Virus record (IMG/VR): IMGVR_UViG_3300020045_008999
Coordinates: 160,001-224,000 of that record
Direction: 5' to 3' (one strand)
Source of the DNA: a virus
Lineage: Duplodnaviria > Heunggongvirae > Uroviricota > Caudoviricetes
DNA length: 64,000 bases
This document shows, in pieces, positions 41,963-51,867 of this stretch. Within the stretch, counting starts at the first letter, position 1. Each line of letters begins with the position of its first letter. The notes beneath the pieces are model-generated. The model did no database searches, had not been told where the DNA came from, and worked only from the letters and a program-made list of their open reading frames with translations. Both the position numbers and the translations under genes were made by a program.

Positions 41963-43894
41963 GTATTTATATAAACCACTTTTCTCATGACACAGATCGA
42001 AATTAACTTAATGAATTTAAAACAAGTTGGAATAATAGATTTCGTATCTACATTAGATTGGATGGACCCATATTTGGATGTATTGAAAAATGATGAGTTG
42101 GGTGAAGTATTTCCGGTTTTCCCAGAACGAATTTACGAATGGGGAACCAAAGAATACATTGCTTCATTATCAATTTCGTGTTTCTTTGGCACCAAATCAT
42201 TGGATAGAGAAATTGCTTTCAGTGCACAATCCAGACTTAATTACAACATTGTCCGTTGGACAGAACTTTAACATGGAAGTATCTGAAATACAAACTATCT
42301 TGGTGGGTCAGTTTACCGAATATTCATTTCGGGTCGTAAATGATGATCATAGTTATATCAATTACATTGCATTAGTAACTAAATATGATTTGAGGACCTA
42401 CACTGTTTCATTTATAGGATTGGAATGTATCGAACTTAATTTCGAAGATGACTACAGGGCGGCACACCAGTATGCAATAAATTGTATTACTGCAGCAAGA
42501 AACACTTAGATGAAGAATCCTTAGGGATGTAGAAGTATTAAAAAATCATAACTCATATAAATCTCACACAGATGGCAACCAACCAAAGAAATCAAAAGTG
42601 CATCGATACTATAAAAGAATCGCTAAAATCAAGATTCAACATCTCTTCTGATCGAGATTTATTAGTACAACTGGGAATTAAACCAGAGGATAAAGAAAAA
42701 TTATTCTTGTGGATTAAATACCAAAATGCATTTTCATATGCTGAGGGATATGAAAACGGACAAGAGAATTTGAAATTTGAAATTAATAATCAAATTGGCG
42801 ATTTGCTTAAATCCGAACGAGATTATTTTTAACATAATTCTATACTAAAACAACTGTTTAATTTTAATATAAACTAATGACTAATCCAATAATAAATAAT
42901 AGAATAGTATCATCCAAAACGTTCGCAGTTCGTTTTAAATCATTTGTCGAAAGTGTGACGGTACAAGATGCATGCGGCGAAGATGAAAAAGAAGCAATGT
43001 TAAATGTTGCCAATTCGTTATTAGTTTATCAATTACACACTATTGATGCTAATGATACGGAAGAGACTGAATATTTAGAAAGAATCGGGATATACCCATT
43101 ACTACCAATATTAGTAACTCATGATGGTGTAGAATTACATGCGAGTGAGACTGGTGCGATGGTATATTCTAGTATGATCATCCCAAGACTGGGTGATGAA
43201 GTACGCCAGCACACGGTAAAAAATTCGGATGATATTAAACGAATTAATCCAAAACGAATTATTTTTTGGAATAAAAAAGAGGCGGAATCTTATATAGAAT
43301 TCAACACTAAATCCATTTCAATACAAGATTTAATTAATGCTAATTTATACCAGGCATATGAGCAATCCAAATCCAAAGGACATTAAATACTTAGGGGTAC
43401 CCAATGTTTGCTTTTCACTTATCGATGCCAATGATAAACGCGATGAATTGTATGCTAACCAAAGAATTGATAGAGGGTTTGACGATAGTGAGACATGGTC
43501 ATTGTCTGGAACAATGGCATCTTTTTTGTTACCAAGACTAATCCGTTTTATAAAATTGGATAATAGTGTTAGAGATGCTGAATTTATGGAAGACTTGAAT
43601 AATTTTAGAAAATTATTAGAGTTAGAAATTCGAGATAATGGTGCAAGAAATTTTACAATAGAAGAAAAAAATACAGTATCCAAAGGACTAAAGGCATTTG
43701 AGAAAATATTTTTATTATTGTGGTGGTAGAAATTAGGTTATTTCCCTAATTTATATTAGATTTGTGTATAGTTTAAAAATCAGAAAATGAGCAATGTAGT
43801 AAATCACAAAGAAATATTTATAAGTGCATTATATGTATCACCAGAACAGGTGAGACATTATTTCACAAATGGTCATATAAAAGTATAATCAAAA

Positions 43895-44015
43895 GAGAAT
43901 TTTATAAAGTGATGCTGGATTTATTCGTCAGGGTTTATACAGATGCAAGTAGCTTTTTGATAACGATAAGGTAGCTATAGATGCCTATGGGTCGGTTCGA
44001 TTCCGACAATTCTCA
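43895..44015 (+). ncRNA. tRNA-like RNA with expanded central region
   Basis: Acceptor GAGAATT 43895-43901 / AATTCTC 44008-44014; T-arm GTCGG-TTCGATT-CCGAC 43991-44007; 89 nt between, with no canonical D or anticodon arm. Confidence 0.6.
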
Positions 44016-44548
44016 CTATTAAAAAATATAAAGTATGTTTATAATACAAGTAATTGTTTTGCTCGCGATCATATTATATGTGGTGGGAAGTTGTATAAAT
44101 ATAATAGATAATCACATACCTGAATCACGTACTAGTTTAAACGCGGATCTTATGTTTAATATTGTGGGTGCAATATGCATATTTGTATTACTTTATTTCT
44201 GTGGTGCCTTTGATCAAATTTTTCCAAAAATTCACGTGTTATGAAATCCACCACAGCTATGATAAAATATATAGTAAAATTGCATATGACTTCCACACAA
44301 GATTGTGTAAGACCTTACGTAAAAGAAGTTGTTAAAGAATCGCTAAAAGAAGCGAGAATTTTAATCAAAGACTTAAAAGTAGATTATAAAAAAGCATTCA
44401 ATATACACCAATTAGGATTTGAATATGATTATGATGGAGTTGAGAATAAAGTTTATAAAGTCATTTCAAAAACTATTGAATACGTTGGGTTAAATGACGT
44501 ACCACTAGATACTATAACTAATACACAAATAACTAATACATAAATGTT

Positions 44549-44974
44549 ATGATTAATAAGCTGGAAAAATTGAAAGCATTTGACTTAGAACGAAAAGTAA
44601 TTTGTTCTGTGTTATCTATTGAATTATCGAGTTTGAATGGTCGCAATTTGGGAAATGTAGAACTGAACAATGGTTTGGTGACTTTTTACAAAAATTATAC
44701 CAAAGGGGATTGTGTGTTGTTGGAATTCACCGGTTATCAAGATTCAGATAAAGAAGATATTTATGATTCTGATATATTGGTCGGGGATGACATAATTTAT
44801 TTAGTGCAATGGAATCAAAACCAAACTAGTTGGTGGCTATCACCGATCCAATCACGATCTGGAGTAGATGAGATGATTTATGTAATTGACAATCAGACAC
44901 TTGGGAATGGGTATTTATCTCGCCGAGATTTAACTAAAATTGGTAACAAATATACCCATGCACATTTATTGTAA
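44549..44974 (+). CDS. YopX-like phage protein
   Basis: KLKAFD...LLEFTGYQDSDKEDIYDSDIL...KIGNKY matches the YopX pattern (QYTGLKDKNGKEIYEGDI...VIGN). Confidence 0.7.
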   Translation: MINKLEKLKAFDLERKVICSVLSIELSSLNGRNLGNVELNNGLVTFYKNYTKGDCVLLEFTGYQDSDKEDIYDSDILVGDDIIYLVQWNQNQTSWWLSPIQSRSGVDEMIYVIDNQTLGNGYLSRRDLTKIGNKYTHAHLL

Positions 44975-45010
44975 CAACACTCACCGGTATAACGGGTGGT
45001 TGGCATAAAC

Positions 45011-45304
45011 AACGTCCTGTGGCTTTGTCTTGTGCCGAAAAAAATAAGACCTAATATTTAAATTAAAAACTATTATGCCAAGTACAAAACAAAATGAAAA
45101 TTTAACCGAAAGTGACAATAAGTCAAAACCACTGTTATGTGAGGTTATTACTTTAAAAGTAATGGATATATGGCACCCATTTATAAAAAATAGTCAACGA
45201 TGGGTTTACTCAAATGAATTTGAATCAACAACCGAATTTATAAATTGGGTAATGCAGCACCAAAAAGATTTATCAGGAGTGGTTCGTGGGTAATCTCACA
45301 TAAC
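45011..45304 (+). mobile_element. attC-like site plus gene cassette (ORF 45075..45293)
   Basis: AAC gtcct GTGG c TTTG t CTT ... AAG t CAAA a CCAC t GTT(45134); cassette ends GTTATGTGAGGTTA 45134-45147 and TAATCTCACATAAC 45291-45304 are complementary. Confidence 0.65.
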
Positions 45305-45706
45305 TTCTAAATAACTAACACATAAATTATGTTATACTGTATAAACCCAGTGGAATGCCCGAATGATTCACAATGCTTAGAAGTATTGTTATTCCAAGAT
45401 CTGAATGATTTGGGGTGGAAGATCTATAGAACTCATGATTCGTTCATTATTGAATATTTAGGCAATGCCTATTTTTCCGAAAAATACTTTTCATGTTATC
45501 TCAAGTCCGGTGTTAATATTACGTTTATTAATACCAATTGTATTTTATTTAAATGTACCAGGGTTGAAGTCTTTTTAAACATAAGAGACGCAATCACCAA
45601 TAATTACACAGATGATATCTGGGAATTTTTACAAAATTTATTTACAGAACGTCTTGATCTCGACCCAACACTTATGAGCACTGAATATATGTAAAACCCA
45701 CAATAT

Positions 45707-46264
45707 ATGAAAGATTTAATAACAATTACTACTGTACTTCATTTAGATAATCAATACGTATCATCTGATGGATTTTATGAAATAAATAAACACAGAGACT
45801 CTTTTGTTTATGATGGTATTGTATACACCTATTTATCGTCAGGGATGGCAAGAAGGGTTTATAAATCAGCATGTGGTGAATTTGTGATCAAAGTTCCAAT
45901 TGGTGGTTATTATATAGACACCGCTGAGGAAATAAAAGACTTCATAATGTCTGATATGAAAAACGTGGACCCTAGTATATCACATAACTATGGTGAAGCT
46001 AAAGCATATGAAGAATGTCCCGAGGAATTGAAAATATTTTTAGCACACACTGAGTTACTACCAAATTGTTGGGTAAAACAAGAATTTGTGGAAGTATTAA
46101 ATTGTGTATTCACCGGCCGCCACGACCTTCGAGAAATAGGCCGACGTAAAGACGGTACTCTTTGTATTTTTGATTTTGACCCATTGTTAGATGATTTTAA
46201 ATTTGATGGTTATTACTGGCCAAGACTACCAATAATCATTTCAGAAATTGAGAGTAAAATATAA
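45707..46264 (+). CDS. Minimal protein-kinase-like protein
   Basis: SSGMARRVY...FVIKVP...NYGEA...VKQEFV...HDLREIG...LCIFDFD; paralogous to the C-terminal half of 31054..31794. Confidence 0.55.
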   Translation: MKDLITITTVLHLDNQYVSSDGFYEINKHRDSFVYDGIVYTYLSSGMARRVYKSACGEFVIKVPIGGYYIDTAEEIKDFIMSDMKNVDPSISHNYGEAKAYEECPEELKIFLAHTELLPNCWVKQEFVEVLNCVFTGRHDLREIGRRKDGTLCIFDFDPLLDDFKFDGYYWPRLPIIISEIESKI

Positions 46265-47171
46265 ATACTAACAAGTAATTAAGTTACTAATACGATCATC
46301 TGTATGGAAAAAATCAGCGGTACAAATGCCTATAATCGGATTCTATACGGTTTGAAAATATACGAATATCCCGTATCGTTTTCTAATTACATGTAAGAAA
46401 TAGGTAATGGATATTTTTAAATCTAAATATTAAATAAAATTCAAAAATGGAAGAACAAAAACTATCAATTAGTGGGTTGTATTACAGATATAAACAAACT
46501 TCGGATAACGATATAGAAAAACATTTAAAAACTATTAAGATAGTTGTGTTGAAAGATAATGGAATTGGTACCACTTATGGGTATTACCCACTCTCACAAA
46601 ATTCAATGGACAAAATCTTAGAAAGTCCAAGAAGTGTTTCGTTAAGTTATGATGCAACTGAAACAGATCCGGATTGTCTGGAAGGATTAAGTGAATATAA
46701 AACAATCCGTTATTTAGTTAAGTCAACATCTAGGTTTTTTCTAAAACCTGATATTGGTGAGATTTTTGATCAGATACATTATCGTGATTTATTGTCGGAC
46801 AAAATAAAGGCGATTCAATACATACCATCCGCATTGGAAACACTAGATGATACTCAAGGGGAGCATTTCATCTTGGAAGCTAAGTTACTAATATAATCAG
46901 TAATTAAAATGGAAAATAAAACTATCCCGGATAAATCTGATAAATCTGATAAATTGACTAAGGCCCGTAATGAATTCATACAGAATATGTTAGCTTGGTC
47001 AATATATTTTGTAATAACTATGATACTTTTATATCCGGTATTTACCGATGAAATCTGGATGCATATTAGTATAAGTACTATTATTAGTTTTGTGTTAGGC
47101 ATGTTTAATAAAATAATTCAATTGTTAATATGTATTGATAATAAAATCGATCCAAAATAGTAGCCATTTAT

Positions 47172-47203
47172 GTTGCTATTTTGGATTTTATTTATTATAT
47201 TTG
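47172..47203 (+). promoter_or_regulatory. Bacteroidota sigma promoter
   Basis: GTTG-N20-TATATTTG. Confidence 0.7.
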
Positions 47204-47598
47204 TGTTCTAAATAAGTAAATTATGGACACAAATACAATCAATATTGAATTGGCAAAATTTTTAGGATGGTTCCAAGACCCTGATAGTTTACCAGGTACT
47301 TGGTTTGTGATAAATGCCAATGCTAAAATAGTTATATATTCTCAGCACAATGACATCTACCAAGAACTACCATTCCACAGGAATATTAAATACCAAATTG
47401 AAATTATTGACAAAATCGAAAGTCTTGGATATGATTTCATTATAGGTGGTGGTGTGGTATCTATTAAAGTTACTAGCACAAGCCCTAAATTTTATGAAAG
47501 TTGTACTTTGTATCGAGATCGCGATCTTAGTAGATTAGATGGTATTTATTCCGAGATAGATAAATTTATTAAATTCTATAACAAAAATATCATCTAAT

Positions 47599-48198
47599 AT
47601 GTCACGATTTGAATTTGTGTCGGATTTCAATAAACTAGACAATCGAAGTATTTCGATTAACGAAACATTGAAAAAAATTTATGAAAATAATGGTGGCGAT
47701 CTAAATGCCTCTATTGTAGAGGCATCGTCTTATTTAAAGACAGTAGACGAAACTATTCGAAATGTTTACGAAGTTGTTGAATCTGAGATTCCGCTATACG
47801 CATATCATAACTTAATGACTTTAGGGGCTGATAATTATGGTTTTACCGATGCTGAACATGAAACGGCATTATCCAATACTATAACGGCATGTCGAGATTA
47901 TTATGGTGATCCTATACCAAATGAGTACATTTTATGTGCCGCCATTAATTACAGAGGTATCATTGTAAGTGGAAAGCGTCACGGTGATTGTTATGATACT
48001 CTATATGGGATTCTAGGTAGTCGAGACATTAAAGATAATCCATGTAGGGAACAACAAGGATTTCTAACATCATATAATCGCTATGTTGATCGCAAAGAAG
48101 GGTGGGTGATCGCCAAGAAAAATAACCAAATAAAATACGGTTTAGAAGCATCAGAAAATGGACCTGAATCTACATTAATTAGCGAAAATCTTTATTAA
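47599..48198 (+). CDS. Conserved phage hypothetical protein
   Basis: C-terminal ILCAAI...GKRHGDC...QGFLTSYNRYVDRKE...LISENLY, a motif set I recognise from phage hypotheticals; function unknown. Confidence 0.6.
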   Translation: MSRFEFVSDFNKLDNRSISINETLKKIYENNGGDLNASIVEASSYLKTVDETIRNVYEVVESEIPLYAYHNLMTLGADNYGFTDAEHETALSNTITACRDYYGDPIPNEYILCAAINYRGIIVSGKRHGDCYDTLYGILGSRDIKDNPCREQQGFLTSYNRYVDRKEGWVIAKKNNQIKYGLEASENGPESTLISENLY

Positions 48199-48206
48199 AA
48201 ATTATT

Positions 48207-48650
48207 ATGAAAAACTTATCAAAAATATTCACATTGTTGATCCTCAGTACATTATTATTTTCATGTGATGTACCACCCGAACGTTATACCATAAATAGAA
48301 CCAGTTCGACATTCGAATTAAGACAGCTCATACAAAATGAACGAACCACTACCTCTTCAAGTGCTATGTATTTCTTGGTAATCGGAAGCTATGCTTCTAA
48401 CACCACAACAACAGAAGAAGTTAAAGTATTTGCAAAAGTAAATGGTGATTACCGCATGCTTACAATGCCTTTAGAGGATGTGCGCATTCGAATAAATAAT
48501 AAATTAACAAAACCAACTTTGTTGATTACCTATAGGGATGCGCTTCATACAGACGAAGAGATATGTGATTCCAAGTGGGTTAGTAAAAAATACATCATAT
48601 CATGTCCGGAAAAATACATTCCCGAAAAATTGTTGCCTATAAATTTGTAG
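48207..48650 (+). CDS. Putative lipoprotein
   Basis: MK + hydrophobic stretch + LLFSC lipobox. Confidence 0.6.
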   Translation: MKNLSKIFTLLILSTLLFSCDVPPERYTINRTSSTFELRQLIQNERTTTSSSAMYFLVIGSYASNTTTTEEVKVFAKVNGDYRMLTMPLEDVRIRINNKLTKPTLLITYRDALHTDEEICDSKWVSKKYIISCPEKYIPEKLLPINL

Positions 48651-48703
48651 GAAACAATTTTTCAAATTTGTAAAAATAATATATAGTTTAAACTAATTTA
48701 CAA

Positions 48704-49216
48704 ATGGACCATCTTAAAAAATTTGAAGAATTTTCATTTAGCGAAACTGAAAATTTAAAAAATATATCACCACAGCAACCTCGTTCAAAAGGACAATTTC
48801 AAAAGGGCCATGTCCCATTCAACAAAGATAGGAAGCGAGAAGAATATTTATCACCCGAACAAATTGCAAAGATGCAACAAACTGAGTTCAAAGAGGGCGA
48901 AACCACAGGTGCTGCACATCCCAGTTGGAAAGGCGGGATTCAATCAAATAAGCGCGATGGTAAATTCATTAGCACCGGGAACAAGGAACGAAAGAGAATT
49001 TCACGATATAATTATGAAATGCGTCACGGTAAAATACCAACCGGTTGGATAATATATCATTTAGATCAGGATAAAGAAAACGATGATATTGATAATTTAA
49101 TAGCAGTACCCAGAGCAATTTTGATGCAATTAAATTCAAATCGAATGAACTCAAATTATCATGAGATCAAAACCGCGGTTGATATGCATCTCGCAAATAT
49201 TGAATCGAAAAAATAA
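48704..49216 (+). CDS. HNH homing endonuclease
   Basis: FQKGHVPFNK / HPSWKGG N-terminal motifs; HGKIPTGWIIYHLDQDKENDDIDNL; preceded by TAATATATA. Confidence 0.75.
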   Translation: MDHLKKFEEFSFSETENLKNISPQQPRSKGQFQKGHVPFNKDRKREEYLSPEQIAKMQQTEFKEGETTGAAHPSWKGGIQSNKRDGKFISTGNKERKRISRYNYEMRHGKIPTGWIIYHLDQDKENDDIDNLIAVPRAILMQLNSNRMNSNYHEIKTAVDMHLANIESKK

Positions 49217-49224
49217 TTCATAAT

Positions 49225-49252
49225 AAAAAACCATCAGATAGATGGTTTTTTT
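49225..49252 (+). terminator. Intrinsic terminator
   Basis: aaaaaaCCATC-agata-GATGGttttttt. Confidence 0.8.
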
Positions 49253-49851
49253 GTTTTTCATATATATTTACATGATAAATATACACATTACATCAAAACC
49301 TATTGTTTTTTTAACTATATTTGTCAATGATAATTAAAATAGTATGGAAGATCTTAAAAATAATATTGATGCAATCAGTCTAGAAAGATATATATTACTT
49401 TCTAAGTATTTGGCATATGGTTTAGTGGTACAATATAAAGAATTTCGTTACGAGGTTGATTCACTTGGACTAGAGTGGATATTTATTGCAAATGAAAATG
49501 GTTTGGCCACTAGGTACGGTGATGTGCGGCCAGTTTTTCGACCAAATTCAGACATAGTGAAAGAAATCGAGATTAATGGGAACCGATTAATACCAATTGT
49601 GGAACTTGCTAAATTATTCCACACCACCAAAGGAAATGATATAAGTCATTATACTAATATCAAAATAGATGATCGAAAGCGATATTCGGTAAATTGTTGT
49701 GTTGATAATGACGACTCTAGATATATGTATTTCCAAATAAATTTCGACATTTTATCCGAGTCATATCAATTAGTGGATAAGTTAATTGAATGGGGATTTG
49801 ATGTATTTGATCAAATTGGGTTGTACGCAGTATCTTATAACAGTAAAATAA

Positions 49852-50070
49852 TTGACAATGAGTAAATCAAACACCCAAGCGAAATTGACTGATTATCAAA
49901 TTAAAATATTAGACACAATCAAAGATGAGTCTAAAACCTGTGATGATATTGCATGGGAAATCAATTCCCATAAAATGCATGTAGGTAGATCAATGAAAAC
50001 ACTAATAGGTAGAAATGTGGTCGGAGTATATCACGCAGATTGGTCAAACCCAAGGTATTATAAATTATAA
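49852..50070 (+). CDS. Small winged-helix DNA-binding protein
   Basis: LTDYQIKIL...TCDDIAWEI...VGRSMKTLIGRNVV pattern. Confidence 0.55.
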   Translation: MTMSKSNTQAKLTDYQIKILDTIKDESKTCDDIAWEINSHKMHVGRSMKTLIGRNVVGVYHADWSNPRYYKL

Positions 50071-50097
50071 CCAAACCAAACCAAACAAATATTTTTT

Positions 50098-50853
50098 ATG
50101 TATTATATAGTACAGGATAAAATTTTCAAAAATGAAAATTACAACAAACTTTTTGTTGCATTGGACCGCTTAGGTGTTGAATATAAAACAATTGATATGG
50201 ATTCAATTGACACGTCAATATTAACTACTGATAGAAAGGATGTATTCGTATTTGGTTCAGTTCGTTTAGCAAAACATTCCGCTGAAAATGGCTGGATACC
50301 CGGATCATTCTACGGTGGTAACCATGATTATTCAATATACAAAGACTATTATAAAGAGAATTTACTTAATTATGATAGTATTGTTCAGAAAATTTCAGAT
50401 CCTATTGACTGGACACCCAATGAAATTAAATTCATACGACCATGTAAAGATAATAAAGCTTTTAATGGCGGTCGTTATACCTGTACAAAATGGCTTGACC
50501 AGATGGTAATGAATAACATACATTTTGATATATTAATTCAAATTTCTACCATCAAAAAAATATACAAAGAAGCCAGGGTATGGGTTGTGGGTGGTAAGGT
50601 GGTGACCAGCTCATATTATTTATTTAATGGTGATATCCCATATGAAGAAAGTGTTGAACCATCTGGCCTTGATTTTGCACAGTCAATGGCTAATATCTAT
50701 CAAGTTGCGGAAGCATTTGTTATTGATATTTGTCTGACACCCGATGGGTGGAAAATTGTGGAAGTAAATTGCATCAATTGTTCGGGGTTTTATAACGGTG
50801 ATTTACAAAAACTAATTATATCTTTAGAAGATCATTTTAATCCAATAAAATAA
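50098..50853 (+). CDS. ATP-grasp domain protein (DUF4343/R2K-like)
   Basis: FIRPCKDNKAFNG...EARVWVVGGKVVT...FVIDI...IVEVNCINCSGFY. Confidence 0.8.
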   Translation: MYYIVQDKIFKNENYNKLFVALDRLGVEYKTIDMDSIDTSILTTDRKDVFVFGSVRLAKHSAENGWIPGSFYGGNHDYSIYKDYYKENLLNYDSIVQKISDPIDWTPNEIKFIRPCKDNKAFNGGRYTCTKWLDQMVMNNIHFDILIQISTIKKIYKEARVWVVGGKVVTSSYYLFNGDIPYEESVEPSGLDFAQSMANIYQVAEAFVIDICLTPDGWKIVEVNCINCSGFYNGDLQKLIISLEDHFNPIK

Positions 50854-50859
50854 GTAACT

Positions 50860-51594
50860 ATGAAATATTCAAATGATTATTTGGCTGAAATTTATTCAAA
50901 TACATTAGCGCATGCTGCCACTATTAGCAAAATTTCATCAGCTAGTTTATGTACGATGGGTGAATTTACAAAAATACCTAATGGGGGTTCGCATAATATC
51001 GAAGTAGTCAGTAGTGATACAGTATCCGCAATTATAGCACTACGCGAACATGGTACAGTATGTGCCTTAAATATGGCTTCTTATAGAAGACCAGGGGGTG
51101 GTGTCATAAATGGTGCAAAGGCACAAGAAGAATGTTTATACAGATGTTCCAATTTAGGAACCTTAGATACCAATATGTACTACCCGCTATCGGACGAGGC
51201 GGCGGTATATACCAAAAATGCAGTATTTTTCAAGGACGTTAATTATGATTACATGCCTGAGGTTATCTGTGATGTGGTTACAATTGCTGCGTATAATTTC
51301 AATGAAAAAGGTCTGAGCCGGTTGGAATTCACGGACTATGAAGCACAAACGAAGCGAAAAATAAGATTTATGCTAAAACTTGCAAATGAGAATCAAATAG
51401 ACTCGGTAGTTTTAGGCGCATGGGGGTGCGGCGTATTTGATAATGATCCATTTGAAATGGCCACTATGTTTAAAGAAGTTTTAATTGGTGAAAATTATGC
51501 ATCATTATTCAAATTGGTAAGATTTGCGGTAATAAATGATCATAATTCGGTTGGTGACAACTACGATGTTTTTAATAAGGTATTAACGTTTTAA
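50860..51594 (+). CDS. Microbial-type PARG macrodomain (TIGR02452/DUF2263-like)
   Basis: LNMASYRRPGGGVINGAKAQEECLYRCS catalytic GGG-x6-QEE motif; VLGAWGCGVF. Confidence 0.9.
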   Translation: MKYSNDYLAEIYSNTLAHAATISKISSASLCTMGEFTKIPNGGSHNIEVVSSDTVSAIIALREHGTVCALNMASYRRPGGGVINGAKAQEECLYRCSNLGTLDTNMYYPLSDEAAVYTKNAVFFKDVNYDYMPEVICDVVTIAAYNFNEKGLSRLEFTDYEAQTKRKIRFMLKLANENQIDSVVLGAWGCGVFDNDPFEMATMFKEVLIGENYASLFKLVRFAVINDHNSVGDNYDVFNKVLTF

Positions 51595-51805
51595 TAAATA
51601 ATCATGGTAAATAAATTTAGAAATATCATTTTAATTTATGTCAATGATACTTTGTGTAATATTGGGTTACACAAATGGGTGAATATTGATAGACATACAC
51701 CAATACCAACTGATGGTGAACGAATATATTTTTCCAATCTACACGAATGTAGCCACTGCAAAAAAAAAGAATATAAACCAATGGGGTCTATTATATAAAT
51801 ATTTA

Positions 51806-51837
51806 TTTGGATTGTAATGTATTTTCACATATATTTG
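51806..51837 (+). promoter_or_regulatory. Bacteroidota sigma promoter
   Basis: TTTG-N20-TATATTTG. Confidence 0.7.
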
Positions 51838-51867
51838 TATATCTAAAAATGATAAATATTAAAAATA

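Larger units (their letters stand above)
38039..43729 (+). other. Block of small hypothetical phage genes (e.g. 38039..38320, 38327..38977, 38981..39223, 39220..39555, 40117..40461, 41529..41867, 42572..42832, 42877..43386, 43337..43729)
   Basis: Co-oriented packed ORFs; TAnnTTTG boxes at 38017, 39581 and 41956. Confidence 0.7.

Noticed and set aside
43895-44015. Canonical tRNA gene
   Set aside because: No D-arm or anticodon arm at canonical spacing; reported as tRNA-like only
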